From: Myxococcota bacterium
GTDB taxonomy: Bacteria; Myxococcota_A; Polyangia; HGW-17
DNA: 64,000 bases
NCBI GenBank assembly: GCA_018817795.1
Contig: JAHITJ010000208.1
Span: forward strand, 43,989 to 107,988
Reading direction: 5' to 3'
Shown here: positions 55,760 through 64,000 of the stretch, piece after piece
Layout of the letters: each line of letters opens with the position of its first letter
Numbering within the stretch: position 1 is the first letter of the stretch
Made by a program: the position numbers and the translations under genes
Notes under the pieces: generated by a model
Told to the model about the DNA's origin: nothing
What the model saw: the letters and a program-made list of their open reading frames with translations, nothing else
Databases searched by the model: none

Positions 55760-57930
55760 CGGCGGCCCCCTTTCCCCACGGGACCGTCGCATCCATCATC
55801 GGAGAGCACTGCTGCGTTGTTGTCCTCGCGACATTCGTTGTTGAAGCCGCCCGTGGCACAGGCGGGACCGTCGTTGTCGACGCAGACCGAGACCTCCGCC
55901 CGGGCCGGCTGCAGCGGCGGCGTACTCCACCAGCAGGTGAGCTCCTCGCAGTCCTCCGGCTCCAGGGTCCCGGTCGTGACCACCGGCGAGTCGCAGGCCA
56001 CCGCGGTCATGGCGACGGTGTCGAAGAAGCTCACTGGCACACCGGGTCCGACGCGCAGGGAGCCAAAATTGCAGACACGCACCCGCAGGGCGAGGCGCTG
56101 GTTGCAGTCGGACCGGTCCACGCCGGTGAACTCCACCTGCAGATCCGGCGCGGCGAAGACGTCATAGTCGGGCAGGTTCTGCCGGAAATTGTTGTAGACC
56201 AGCCAGTTCGGCGCCGCGCCGTACACCGGCAGCAGTCCATCCTCGGTGATGTTGGTGATCGTATACATGTGCTGGTTCCAGATTCGTCGCGTGGGCACCC
56301 AGCGATCCAGGCTGTCTCCCCAGACCTCGATCCCGTGGTTCTCGTCGCCCACCACGTTCGTGTTCTCGATGAACACGATCTCCGCGTTCCCGTCGTTGTC
56401 GACATCGGCGATGATCGGATACTCCAGGCGCGTGTGCGAGCGGTTCGGTTCCTCGAACAGGATCGTCCCGTCGGACCCGCTGAAGATGCGGAAGTTCGTC
56501 TCGTCGTTGTAGACCACCTCCGCCTGGCCGTCACCGTCAAAGTCGAAGACGGAGGACCCGGTCACGCGCGAGGAGCAGTCGTTGTTGGGGACCGACCAGC
56601 GGATGCCGGGGGCCGAGCAGCCCGTAGCCCCTGTGGGCACGGCCGGGCAGTCGGGCAGTGAGTCGCAGCAGTCCAGATCGAACACTGCATAGAAGTCCGC
56701 ACCGGCGACCCCGATCTCCACGCGTCCGTCGCCGTCGAAGTCCGCGATCGTCGGCGGACCCCCTTCATTATAGCTGCAGTTGTCCCACGGGATCAGCAGG
56801 TGGGCCATCACCGCCCCGTCGTGCTGCAGGATCCACACATCCCCGGAGCGGACGATGACGACCTCCCCCTCGGGATCACTGTCGAGGTTGCCGGCCGCGG
56901 CATAGCCGTCGCAGGGCTTGGTGCCGGATGCGCACGTCGACTGCGCCGAAGGATAGGCGAACTGCCAGAGCATCAGCCCGTCGGCCCGGTACACCGTGTT
57001 GCCTGCGATCACCTCCGGCCGGCCGTCAAGATCGAGATCCGCGGCGAAGCTCATCGGACCCAGGAAGGCATTGATGCCAAGCCCCCCGACGCCACGCCAC
57101 CGGATCAACCCCGTCAGACCGTCGAGGACGACACGGCCGACAAGAACCTCGGCGATCCCGTCTCCGTCGAGATCGGTGATCGACGGCTGCACCGACGTGA
57201 GGATGTCGTTGCCCTGCGGGTGCGGGCTGGTCCACTTCACCACGCCGGTGTTCGAGTAGGCGACCGTGCCTGAGGTGCGCGTCATCGCCACGATGTCGGG
57301 CACGAGATCGCCATCGATGTCGCCCACGGCCAGGCCCGCGGAGCTGTCCAGCGCCGGGGTGGCCACCGAGAAGTGCTCGACGAGGTGACCGTCGTCGCCG
57401 CAGCGGCCCGAGACCACGCGTAAAACCCCCGGCACGTTGCAACAGCCATCCTCGCGCAGACGGTACGTGACAAAAATGATGTCAGGAATGTCGTGCGTAT
57501 CGATCGCGCCGTCGCCGTTGTCGTCGGTCAGGTTGGCCACCAGGGGGGTCATGACCACGTCATCCGAATCGGGGTATACCAGGGAGGAGTTCCACCGGCA
57601 TTTCATCGCCGGAAGGAAATCCCCCGGCGGAGGTACATACCGACAGATCCGGACCGGATCGTCGAGTTCCACCGGACCGGCGTCGGGGTCAGGTACATCT
57701 TCCACCGGGTCAGCGTCCTGGATCGTCCCGTCCGGCAGCGGCATGCTCCCGTCGAGATCGGGGACATCCACGTCATGGATCCGCCCCGGCACGCAGGTGA
57801 GCGTATCCGGATCGCAGACCTGGCCGCGGGCGCAGTCGTTGACTGTCGTACATTTCACCCGCGTCTGGGAGTGGTCACAGGCTGACCATGCAAATTGAAA
57901 GACCATCCATGCAAACCAATAATTCTTCAT
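55756..57930 (-). CDS. FG-GAP/VCBS-repeat beta-propeller (integrin-alpha-like) secreted protein with Cys-rich ends
   Basis: Repeats DIDGDLVPDIV, DLDGDGIAEV, DLDLDGRPEV, DFDGDGRVEI, DFDGDGQAEVV, DVDNDGNAEIVF. Signal MKNYWFAWMVFQFAWSAC. Confidence 0.75.
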   Translation of the reverse strand: MKNYWFAWMVFQFAWSACDHSQTRVKCTTVNDCARGQVCDPDTLTCVPGRIHDVDVPDLDGSMPLPDGTIQDADPVEDVPDPDAGPVELDDPVRICRYVPPPGDFLPAMKCRWNSSLVYPDSDDVVMTPLVANLTDDNGDGAIDTHDIPDIIFVTYRLREDGCCNVPGVLRVVSGRCGDDGHLVEHFSVATPALDSSAGLAVGDIDGDLVPDIVAMTRTSGTVAYSNTGVVKWTSPHPQGNDILTSVQPSITDLDGDGIAEVLVGRVVLDGLTGLIRWRGVGGLGINAFLGPMSFAADLDLDGRPEVIAGNTVYRADGLMLWQFAYPSAQSTCASGTKPCDGYAAAGNLDSDPEGEVVIVRSGDVWILQHDGAVMAHLLIPWDNCSYNEGGPPTIADFDGDGRVEIGVAGADFYAVFDLDCCDSLPDCPAVPTGATGCSAPGIRWSVPNNDCSSRVTGSSVFDFDGDGQAEVVYNDETNFRIFSGSDGTILFEEPNRSHTRLEYPIIADVDNDGNAEIVFIENTNVVGDENHGIEVWGDSLDRWVPTRRIWNQHMYTITNITEDGLLPVYGAAPNWLVYNNFRQNLPDYDVFAAPDLQVEFTGVDRSDCNQRLALRVRVCNFGSLRVGPGVPVSFFDTVAMTAVACDSPVVTTGTLEPEDCEELTCWWSTPPLQPARAEVSVCVDNDGPACATGGFNNECREDNNAAVLSDDGCDGPVGKGGRR

Positions 57931-57999
57931 AGTAGACCCCTTCGGCTCCGAACATGCCGATGGAACCAGAAATCGGAGATTCTCTTTTTGTAGCACAAA

Positions 58000-58380
58000 A
58001 GGTCAGGACCTTCCACCATCGGCTTGCAGACAGTCAACACACAGTTTGAAATGGAACGATCCGTAAATTTCACGCATTATCTGCACAGGCATGATCTCAA
58101 AATTGCTTTGATTCATATGGAAATTTTTACTTCTTTCCGCTGTGAGAAATAACCAATATTGCAAATAGTGGCAAATAGGCCTTGCATTTTCGTCCATGCT
58201 GGATACATTTGAAACATCTCGGAGGACTGATTGGCCAAAGCAACTGTAAAATCAGTCGTAAATGGCCAATGTTGTCTTTTTTTCTAAAAGTTTGTGAGAA
58301 ACATCCGAGTTGATGCTGTGGATGTTTTTTGTTGCCTTTATTGGCGCTTGTTTTTTAACCGTTTTTTGAAGGAGTATTGA
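58000..58380. other. About 380-bp AT-rich (about 40% GC) non-coding island in an otherwise 60-65% GC region
   Basis: Seen directly. Contains direct repeat tagtggcaaata x2 and inverted repeat ttggccaaag...atggccaat. Immediately upstream of the recombinase-HTH gene. Confidence 0.4.
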
Positions 58381-58381
58381 A

Positions 58382-58798
58382 ATGACCGAACAGATCGTCC
58401 CCCAGAAACCGAAATCTCGTGGCCGCGCCCGTGGTAGTTATGAAATCAGCACCGAACTGCGCATGCGCATCGCCCAGATGCATGAGCTCGGCGCCAGCCT
58501 GAAAGAAATCGCCCGCACCTTCAACGACGAAGGCATCCCGGCCGCCCGTGGTGGTCAATGGTCCCAGAGCACGATCCGCGCCGCCCTGAACCAGATGGGC
58601 AAGGACACCGGCCGTTTCCGCATCGTCAAGGACGTCAAGGAACTGATCCTCAAAATGCACCGTGACGGCCTGTCCGCCTATCGCATTGCCCAGGAGTTGG
58701 AGAACCAGAATGTTCCGAACTCCCGCGGCGAAGTGAAGTGGTACCCCCGCACCGTCGGCCGCATCGTCAAGGGCGGAACCGAAAGCGTCCGCCACTAA
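58382..58798 (+). CDS. Small DNA-binding protein with two tandem recombinase-type HTH/'Recombinase' repeats (no catalytic domain)
   Basis: Two approximately 45-aa repeats (LRMRIAQMHELGASLKEIARTFNDEGIPAARGGQWSQSTIRAAL / KELILKMHRDGLSAYRIAQELENQNVPNSRGEVKWYPRTVGRIV) resembling the G.W....V..IL motif of large serine recombinases. Confidence 0.5.
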   Translation: MTEQIVPQKPKSRGRARGSYEISTELRMRIAQMHELGASLKEIARTFNDEGIPAARGGQWSQSTIRAALNQMGKDTGRFRIVKDVKELILKMHRDGLSAYRIAQELENQNVPNSRGEVKWYPRTVGRIVKGGTESVRH

Positions 58799-58981
58799 TC
58801 AAGGCTTCATCTCCTCACCTGTTATTTCCCGAGCGGAAATTTCACCGGTAGACTCCGGTGAAACTGGAACACGAACCCCGTATCCTGCAACTGCCGGGAG
58901 CCTGATCCAGAAGAAGAGGGTCCTTTTCTGGATCCTCCGGATTGACATTTGAAGATGGAATCTATAGAACAGTGTACCTGA

Positions 58982-58998
58982 ATCAGCTGTGAGCTGAT
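58982..58998. promoter_or_regulatory. 7-bp inverted repeat ATCAGCT-GTG-AGCTGAT in the 5' leader of the AgmX-like gene
   Basis: Seen directly, 28 nt upstream of the ATG. Putative TTGACA (about 58936) / TATAGA promoter upstream. Confidence 0.3.
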
Positions 58999-59025
58999 CG
59001 GTTCTACCCCAGGAGTTGGCTCCCC

Positions 59026-60810
59026 ATGAAAGTTATCTGCGACAGTTGCCATGCCAAATATTCGCTCTCGGATGACAAACTGACCAAGGGAAAGACCTTT
59101 AAGATCAAGTGCAAGAAGTGTGGTCACGTCATCATGGTGAAGCCTGTTGACGAGGGCAATGCCGACGAGGAGTCCACCCGTGTGGTGGATTACAACGCGA
59201 TGTCCGGGGGCCAGGCGGCCGCCAGCGACGCGGATTCCAAGATCTGGCACGTGGCCATCGGCGACAAGACCGACGGTCCCTTCACCGTGGCCGAAATCGT
59301 CAGCCAGATCAGTGCCGGCAGCATACCGCCGGATGCGCTGGCCTGGAATGAAGGTCTTCCGAACTGGGAAAAGATCAGCACCTTCTCCGAGTTTTCCGCC
59401 AACTTCCCTGGCGAGGCCTCTGCGTCCGAGCCCGCCCCTGCCAGGCAGGAGTCCGCCCCGGCCAGGCATGAGTCCGCCCCGGCCAGGCAGGAGCCCGCTC
59501 CGTCGGCTCCCGCGTCCGAGCCCGCCGCCAGACGCGCCGAACCGGCCCCGGTCGTGCGCAATGAACCCGCACCGGAACCCGCCGCCAAGGGTGGTGGCTT
59601 CTTCGGCGCCGAAGAAGAGGATTCCTCCGCCTCCCAGTCACTCAAAGGCCAGCGTCACGAAAACTCCGTGCTGTTCTCGCTGGACAACCTCCAGAACCTC
59701 GCCGCCTCCTCCTCCAAGAAGCCCAGCCCACGCCCGGGGTACATCAACCCCTCCAGCCAGGGCTCGGGGCTCGTGGACATCCAGGAGATGGCCGCCTCGA
59801 TGAACACCAACAAACCGGCCCGCCAGGACGCGATGCCCTTCGATCTGCCGGCGGCCCCCGTCGTGGCCACACCGATCAGCATCGCCCCGGTGCTGATCCC
59901 CACGCAGATGGACTCCGAAAAACCCAAGTGGATGGTCCCTGCAATCATCGGCGTGGTCGTGGCCGTCGTTCTCGTCGGCGGCTTCGCGGTCTGGCGGATG
60001 ACCGGCAATAAGGAAGGCAGCACCCCGCCACCGGTCGCCCAGAACAACAACATGACCCCGCCGGCCAACAATGTCGCCGTACAGAACAACAACATGACGG
60101 CCAACAACGTGACGGCCAACAATGGCATGGGCCCCGGCGACATGCCACCCGACATGCCTCCTGATGGCGACATGCCCCCCGATGCCATGACCCCCGACGG
60201 CGACATGCCTCCGGACATGCCTCCCGACGGCGACATGCCCCCCGATGCCATGACCCCCGATGCCATGACCCCCGACTCGATGGATCCGCCGAAGACCCCC
60301 GACATGGGCGGAAGGGACCCGGTCGTGGTCAGCATGAACCCGACGATGGATCCCGGCATGACCGAGATGACCCCCCCCGACATGCCCCCGAACAACGACA
60401 TGCCTCCGGGTGACAGCGGCTGCACCAAGGTGTGGTGCATGCTCAAGAACAACGCCCCCGACTGCTGTGCCCCGTTCCGTGGTGGCAGTTCCGAGATGGG
60501 CGGCGGCAGCGACGATCCCTGCGCCAACAACGCCAACGAGTCCCTCACCCCCAGTGACGTCAAGGAAGGCATGGCCAACGTCCGTTCGTCGGTCAACGCC
60601 TGCTTCTCCAAGTTCGGCATCTCCGGCAAGGTCACGGTCCGCGTCTCCGTGGGCTGCATGGGCTCCGTCCAGAGCGCCTCGGCCTCCGGCGAGCATGCCT
60701 CCTCCCCTCTGGGCGGCTGCATCCAGAAGGCCGTCCGCGGCGCCAAATTCCCGAAGTTCAAGAAGCCCTCCTCCAAGTCCTTCCAGTATCCGTTCGTCGG
60801 CGGCGGCTGA
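59026..60810 (+). CDS. AgmX/GltJ-like protein: MJ0042-type zinc ribbon + GYF-like domain + Pro-rich repeats + TM + Pro/Met/Asp tandem repeats + Cys-rich C-terminal domain
   Basis: MKVICDSCHAKYSLSDDKLTKGKTFKIKCKKCGHVIMV (zinc ribbon); WHVAIGDKTDGPFTVAEIVSQISAGSIPPDALAWNEGLPNWEKIS (GYF/DUF4339-like); TM VPAIIGVVVAVVLVGGFAV; (DMPPDMPPDGDMPPDAMTPDG)x2; C-terminal Cys-rich domain reminiscent of the AgmX/PglI C-terminal (TonB-C-like) domain. Confidence 0.65.
   Translation: MKVICDSCHAKYSLSDDKLTKGKTFKIKCKKCGHVIMVKPVDEGNADEESTRVVDYNAMSGGQAAASDADSKIWHVAIGDKTDGPFTVAEIVSQISAGSIPPDALAWNEGLPNWEKISTFSEFSANFPGEASASEPAPARQESAPARHESAPARQEPAPSAPASEPAARRAEPAPVVRNEPAPEPAAKGGGFFGAEEEDSSASQSLKGQRHENSVLFSLDNLQNLAASSSKKPSPRPGYINPSSQGSGLVDIQEMAASMNTNKPARQDAMPFDLPAAPVVATPISIAPVLIPTQMDSEKPKWMVPAIIGVVVAVVLVGGFAVWRMTGNKEGSTPPPVAQNNNMTPPANNVAVQNNNMTANNVTANNGMGPGDMPPDMPPDGDMPPDAMTPDGDMPPDMPPDGDMPPDAMTPDAMTPDSMDPPKTPDMGGRDPVVVSMNPTMDPGMTEMTPPDMPPNNDMPPGDSGCTKVWCMLKNNAPDCCAPFRGGSSEMGGGSDDPCANNANESLTPSDVKEGMANVRSSVNACFSKFGISGKVTVRVSVGCMGSVQSASASGEHASSPLGGCIQKAVRGAKFPKFKKPSSKSFQYPFVGGG
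60139..60281 (+). repeat. Coding tandem repeat, 2 x 63 nt (DMPPDMPPDGDMPPDAMTPDG) plus partial copies
   Basis: Seen directly in nucleotide and protein sequence. Confidence 0.7.
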
Positions 60811-60909
60811 TCGCTCCCCCACCTTTCCGTTTTTTTCCTGAATTCATCACGAATTTTTGCGCCAATCGCGTTCCTTACTTACACTGTGTAAGCTGAAGGA
60901 GACGTTCGG

Positions 60910-62331
60910 TTGCATCCATCCACAGAGTCGATATCCAGATCCCCCCTGTTCCGGGGCATCCTCGTCGTCGAGGACGAACCCGGGCTGCGTCTGGTCATCG
61001 AAAGTGTTCTCACCGGGGCGGGCTATCGCGTCGTCAGTGCGACTGATGGGGATCAGGCCCTGACCCTGGCCCTGGCTGATCCCCAGCTCCAACTGATCCT
61101 CACCGATGTGCGGCTGCCGAAAAAAGACGGCATGCAGCTGCTCACCGAACTGATGCAGGCCGCGCCCGAACGCACCGTGATCGTGATGTCCGCCTACGGG
61201 TCCATTGAGATGGCGGTGACCGCACTCCAGGCCGGCGCCTACCACTTCCTCTCCAAGCCCTTCGGCAAGGATGTCCTGCTTCACACGGTCCGCAAGGCCG
61301 AGGAACGCTTCGCGCTGATCGAGGAGAACCGGAACCTCAAGTCTCGCCTGACCGGGCGCGATCCGGACGGCATGCTCATCGGCGTGTCACCGTCGATTCA
61401 GCAGGTGCTGCAGAAGGTGCAGAAGATCGCCTCGTTCCAGTCGACGGTCCTGATCACGGGTGAGAGCGGCACGGGCAAGGAAGTCGTGGCCCGCCTGATC
61501 CACGGCCTGAGGACTGATCCCGGGCCCTTCGTTGCGGTCAATTGCGGTGCGATCCCGGAGAACCTGCTCGAGAGCGAGTTATTCGGCGTGGTGCGGGGTG
61601 CGTACACAGGGGCCACCGAGAATCGGATTGGGCTTCTGGCCCAGGCACACCAGGGCACCCTCTTCCTCGACGAGGTCGGCGAGCTCCCCCTGGCCCTTCA
61701 GGTCAAGCTCCTGCGCGTGATCCAGGAAGGTGTGTTCCGTCCGCTCGGTTCCGGACAGGAGACGCGGGTCGTGGTCCGCTGGATGGCAGCCACTGCGCGA
61801 GACCTGCCGTCGGCCGTCTCGGCCGGCACGTTCCGGGAGGATCTGTACTACCGCCTCAACGTCGTCCCGATCCACCTTCCCCCCCTGCGTGAACGTCCGG
61901 AGGATCTCCTGCTGCTTGCAAGGCATTTTCTGACACGCTCGGCCAGACGCCACGGCGTCGAGGAAAAGGTCCTGTCCCCGGCCGCCGCGGCCCGCCTGAC
62001 GAACCATCCCTGGCCCGGCAACGTCCGCGAACTCGAGAACTGGATGGAGCGGGTGACGATCCTGTGCGAACATCGCGAAGTCCAGCCGGAAGATCTGCCT
62101 GGCGCGCCGGCCGGAAATACCCCGTCCCTGCAAGAAAAAGTCAGCGCGGAAACCCTGTCGATCAAACAGGCCACTAAAGACATAGAACGTATATTAATAA
62201 CTAAAGCTTTAAATATGACTGGTGGAAAAAAGTTTGCTGCATCTCAACTTCTGGAAATTAGTGAGAGGGCGTTGCAATATAAAATGAAAGTATACCAAAT
62301 AAAGGAATCGGAGAAAGGAACTTCCCGATGA
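60910..62331 (+). CDS. Sigma-54-dependent response regulator (NtrC family; PilR2-like position)
   Basis: REC domain (VVEDEPGLR...D), AAA+ GESGTGKEVVARLIH, GAFTGA-like motif (RGAYTGA), ESELFG, C-terminal Fis-type HTH. Confidence 0.9.
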   Translation: MHPSTESISRSPLFRGILVVEDEPGLRLVIESVLTGAGYRVVSATDGDQALTLALADPQLQLILTDVRLPKKDGMQLLTELMQAAPERTVIVMSAYGSIEMAVTALQAGAYHFLSKPFGKDVLLHTVRKAEERFALIEENRNLKSRLTGRDPDGMLIGVSPSIQQVLQKVQKIASFQSTVLITGESGTGKEVVARLIHGLRTDPGPFVAVNCGAIPENLLESELFGVVRGAYTGATENRIGLLAQAHQGTLFLDEVGELPLALQVKLLRVIQEGVFRPLGSGQETRVVVRWMAATARDLPSAVSAGTFREDLYYRLNVVPIHLPPLRERPEDLLLLARHFLTRSARRHGVEEKVLSPAAAARLTNHPWPGNVRELENWMERVTILCEHREVQPEDLPGAPAGNTPSLQEKVSAETLSIKQATKDIERILITKALNMTGGKKFAASQLLEISERALQYKMKVYQIKESEKGTSR

Positions 62332-62428
62332 CTTTTTTTGTATGGAAAATTGACTACATGTATCCATGTGTGGCATAAAGGGTACTAAGTAGGTCCATTT
62401 GTCACATGGACCGAAGGATGAAAAGATC

Positions 62429-63481
62429 ATGGCGAAAAACTGTATTGGCCTCGACATCGGCTCCTCATCGGTCAAGGTAGTGCAACTCGAAGAGACCCGC
62501 AAAGGTCTGGTTCTGGCCAACTTCGGCATCAATCCACTGCCGCCGGAGACCATCGTCGACGGCGCGATCATGAACCAGGTGGCGGTGCTCGAAGCGATTG
62601 AAGCGCTATTCTCCAGGCTCGGCATCAAGAGGAAGGAGGTGGCCCTCGCCATCTCCGGCCGCTCCGTGATCGTGAAGAAGATCGCCATGCCCGTGATGTC
62701 GCACGCCGAACTGGCCGAAGAACTGAACCTGGAGATGTCGCACCACATCCCGTTCGCCCGCGATGAAGTGGAAGTGGACTACGACATCGTGGTGCCCAAA
62801 AACACCGAGGGACAGATGGAGATCCTGCTCGTGGCCGCCAAGAAGGAGGTCGTGCAGGACTACCTCGACATCGTCAGGGAGGCCCGGCTCAACCCCGTGG
62901 TCCTCGACGTGTCCGCCTTCGCCGTGCAGAACCTCTACGAAAAGCTTGTGGGCTTCTCGCCCAACGAGACCGTGGTCATGCTGAACATAGGGGCCGTCTC
63001 GACCTCGCTGAACATCGTGATCGGCGGCGTTACGACCTTCACCCGCGACATCGGCATCGGGGGACAGACGATCACCGGTGAGATCCAGCGCACCCTGCAG
63101 ATCGCCTTCGACGAGGCGGAGAACCGCAAGAGGGAAGCCGCCACGGGCATGTCTGTGGATCCCAACATCATGTCCATCGTCACGCGCGTCTGTGACGTGA
63201 TGGCAGGCGAACTCCAGCGGTCGATCGACTTCTTCCTGAGCTCGGCGCCGGCGACCAACTCGACCCGCGTCGTCGCCACCGGCGGCGGATCGATCATGAA
63301 GCCGCTGATCCAGGCAGTCGAGCGCCGCTCCAAGAACTCCGTGACGGTGTTCGACGGCTTCACCGGAGGCGTGGTGGTGGATCCGGCCATGTTTGACATG
63401 CCCCTGCTGCAGTCCCAGGCGGCCACCGCCTCGGTTGCGCTGGGGCTGGCCCTGCGGAAACCGGGTGACAAGAGGGCCTGA
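62429..63481 (+). CDS. pilM: Type IV pilus assembly protein PilM
   Basis: MAKNCIGLDIGSSSVKVVQL... actin-like ATPase fold; AAGGA RBS. Internal start of ORF 62399..63481. Confidence 0.9.
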   Translation: MAKNCIGLDIGSSSVKVVQLEETRKGLVLANFGINPLPPETIVDGAIMNQVAVLEAIEALFSRLGIKRKEVALAISGRSVIVKKIAMPVMSHAELAEELNLEMSHHIPFARDEVEVDYDIVVPKNTEGQMEILLVAAKKEVVQDYLDIVREARLNPVVLDVSAFAVQNLYEKLVGFSPNETVVMLNIGAVSTSLNIVIGGVTTFTRDIGIGGQTITGEIQRTLQIAFDEAENRKREAATGMSVDPNIMSIVTRVCDVMAGELQRSIDFFLSSAPATNSTRVVATGGGSIMKPLIQAVERRSKNSVTVFDGFTGGVVVDPAMFDMPLLQSQAATASVALGLALRKPGDKRA

Positions 63482-63525
63482 GAAGGCCCATTGAGGATCT
63501 CTGAGTTCCTCAAGGAGAATGGTCC

Positions 63526-64000
63526 ATGTTGCGCATCAACTTGATTCCACAGAAGATTTCCCCGAAGGAAGCCCGGGGACAGCAGGTCCTGTTCCTGATC
63601 CTGCTGGTCTGGCTGGCGACCGGCGGCGGGCTCTTCTATCATTACAAGTTCGTGCTGGACACCTCCAGCATCGAGAAGAACCGCGGCATCATCAAGGAAA
63701 ACAACCGGAAAATCGCCGAGGTCCAAGCGCAGTTGAGCCAGTACAAGGTGCTCCCCGAAGCCGAAAAGCAGAAGCTCCAGGCCGAATACCAGAAGCGGGT
63801 GAGCACCGTCGGACGCATCGAAAAAGTGCGCTCCAACCCGGTGTTCGTGCTGCTGGAACTGGCCCGCATCGTGAGCGTCGGCCAGCTTCCGACGGTCACC
63901 GGACCAGAGAACAAAACCGAACTGGACACCAACTGGGATCCATCTCCGATGTTCTTCACATCGCTCAACGAGAAGGACAGGTTCCTGACGCTCGAGGGCG
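63526..64000 (+). CDS. pilN: Type IV pilus assembly protein PilN (partial, runs off the 3' edge)
   Basis: MLRINLIPQK... TM LFLILLVWLATGGGLF, coiled coil; AAGGAG 9 nt upstream. Absent from the ORF track because it has no stop. Confidence 0.8.
   Translation, partial: MLRINLIPQKISPKEARGQQVLFLILLVWLATGGGLFYHYKFVLDTSSIEKNRGIIKENNRKIAEVQAQLSQYKVLPEAEKQKLQAEYQKRVSTVGRIEKVRSNPVFVLLELARIVSVGQLPTVTGPENKTELDTNWDPSPMFFTSLNEKDRFLTLEG

Noticed and set aside
58140-58175. Possible sigma-54 -24/-12 element (TGGCAAATAGGCCTTGCA) in the AT-rich island
   Set aside because: GG-to-GC spacing is 14 rather than the required 12 nt. Not a credible RpoN promoter.
59638-60822. 394- and 373-aa minus ORFs
   Set aside because: Antisense to the AgmX-like gene. 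Repeat-driven open frames (His/Gly-rich) caused by the Pro/Met/Asp tandem repeats.
1-64000. CRISPR arrays, IS elements/transposases, integrases, restriction-modification or other defence genes
   Set aside because: No repeat-spacer arrays, no DDE/tyrosine/serine-recombinase catalytic domains, no nuclease/helicase/methylase signatures were seen. Only a catalytic-domain-less recombinase-HTH mini-protein at 58382-58798.

Overview
This is a high-GC (about 60-65% by eye) chromosomal segment, probably from a myxobacterium (Myxococcota). The lineage call rests on a MYXO-CTERM-type C-terminal sorting tail, 'Myxococcus cysteine-rich repeat' modules fused to RCC1 repeats, an AgmX/GltJ-like zinc-ribbon/GYF protein, and a sigma-54 activator immediately upstream of pilM-pilN. 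Gene density is high, with many ATGA/TAATG-type translational couplings, and there are no CRISPR arrays, IS elements or rRNA.

Housekeeping genes:
- guaA (unusually long)
- miaA
- two tandem tRNA-Ser genes
- dnaX-ybaB-recR
- a pyrimidine-nucleoside phosphorylase
- ftsA-ftsZ

Envelope and surface loci:
1. A TetR-headed LolA-like + FtsX/FtsX/ABC-ATPase exporter operon ending in a coupled secreted or outer-membrane protein that runs off the 5' edge of the window.
2. A Tad-type pseudopilin cluster (TadE-like, TadG-like, TadE-like, all oversized) ending in a 57-aa Flp pilin gene that the ORF track missed.
3. Two tandem paralogous lipoproteins plus a cysteine-rich-repeat/RCC1 surface protein.
4. An MMPL/RND exporter coupled to an acidic unknown protein.
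5. A 12-kb operon of giant TPR/coiled-coil secreted proteins fused to an ExbB-ExbD-ExbD proton motor (Agl/Glt- or Tol-like machine).
6. A coupled DUF2341/MYXO-CTERM + FG-GAP propeller pair.
7. An AgmX-like protein, an NtrC-type activator, and pilM plus partial pilN at the 3' edge.

Long antisense ORFs in the six-frame track are composition artefacts of the high GC content.
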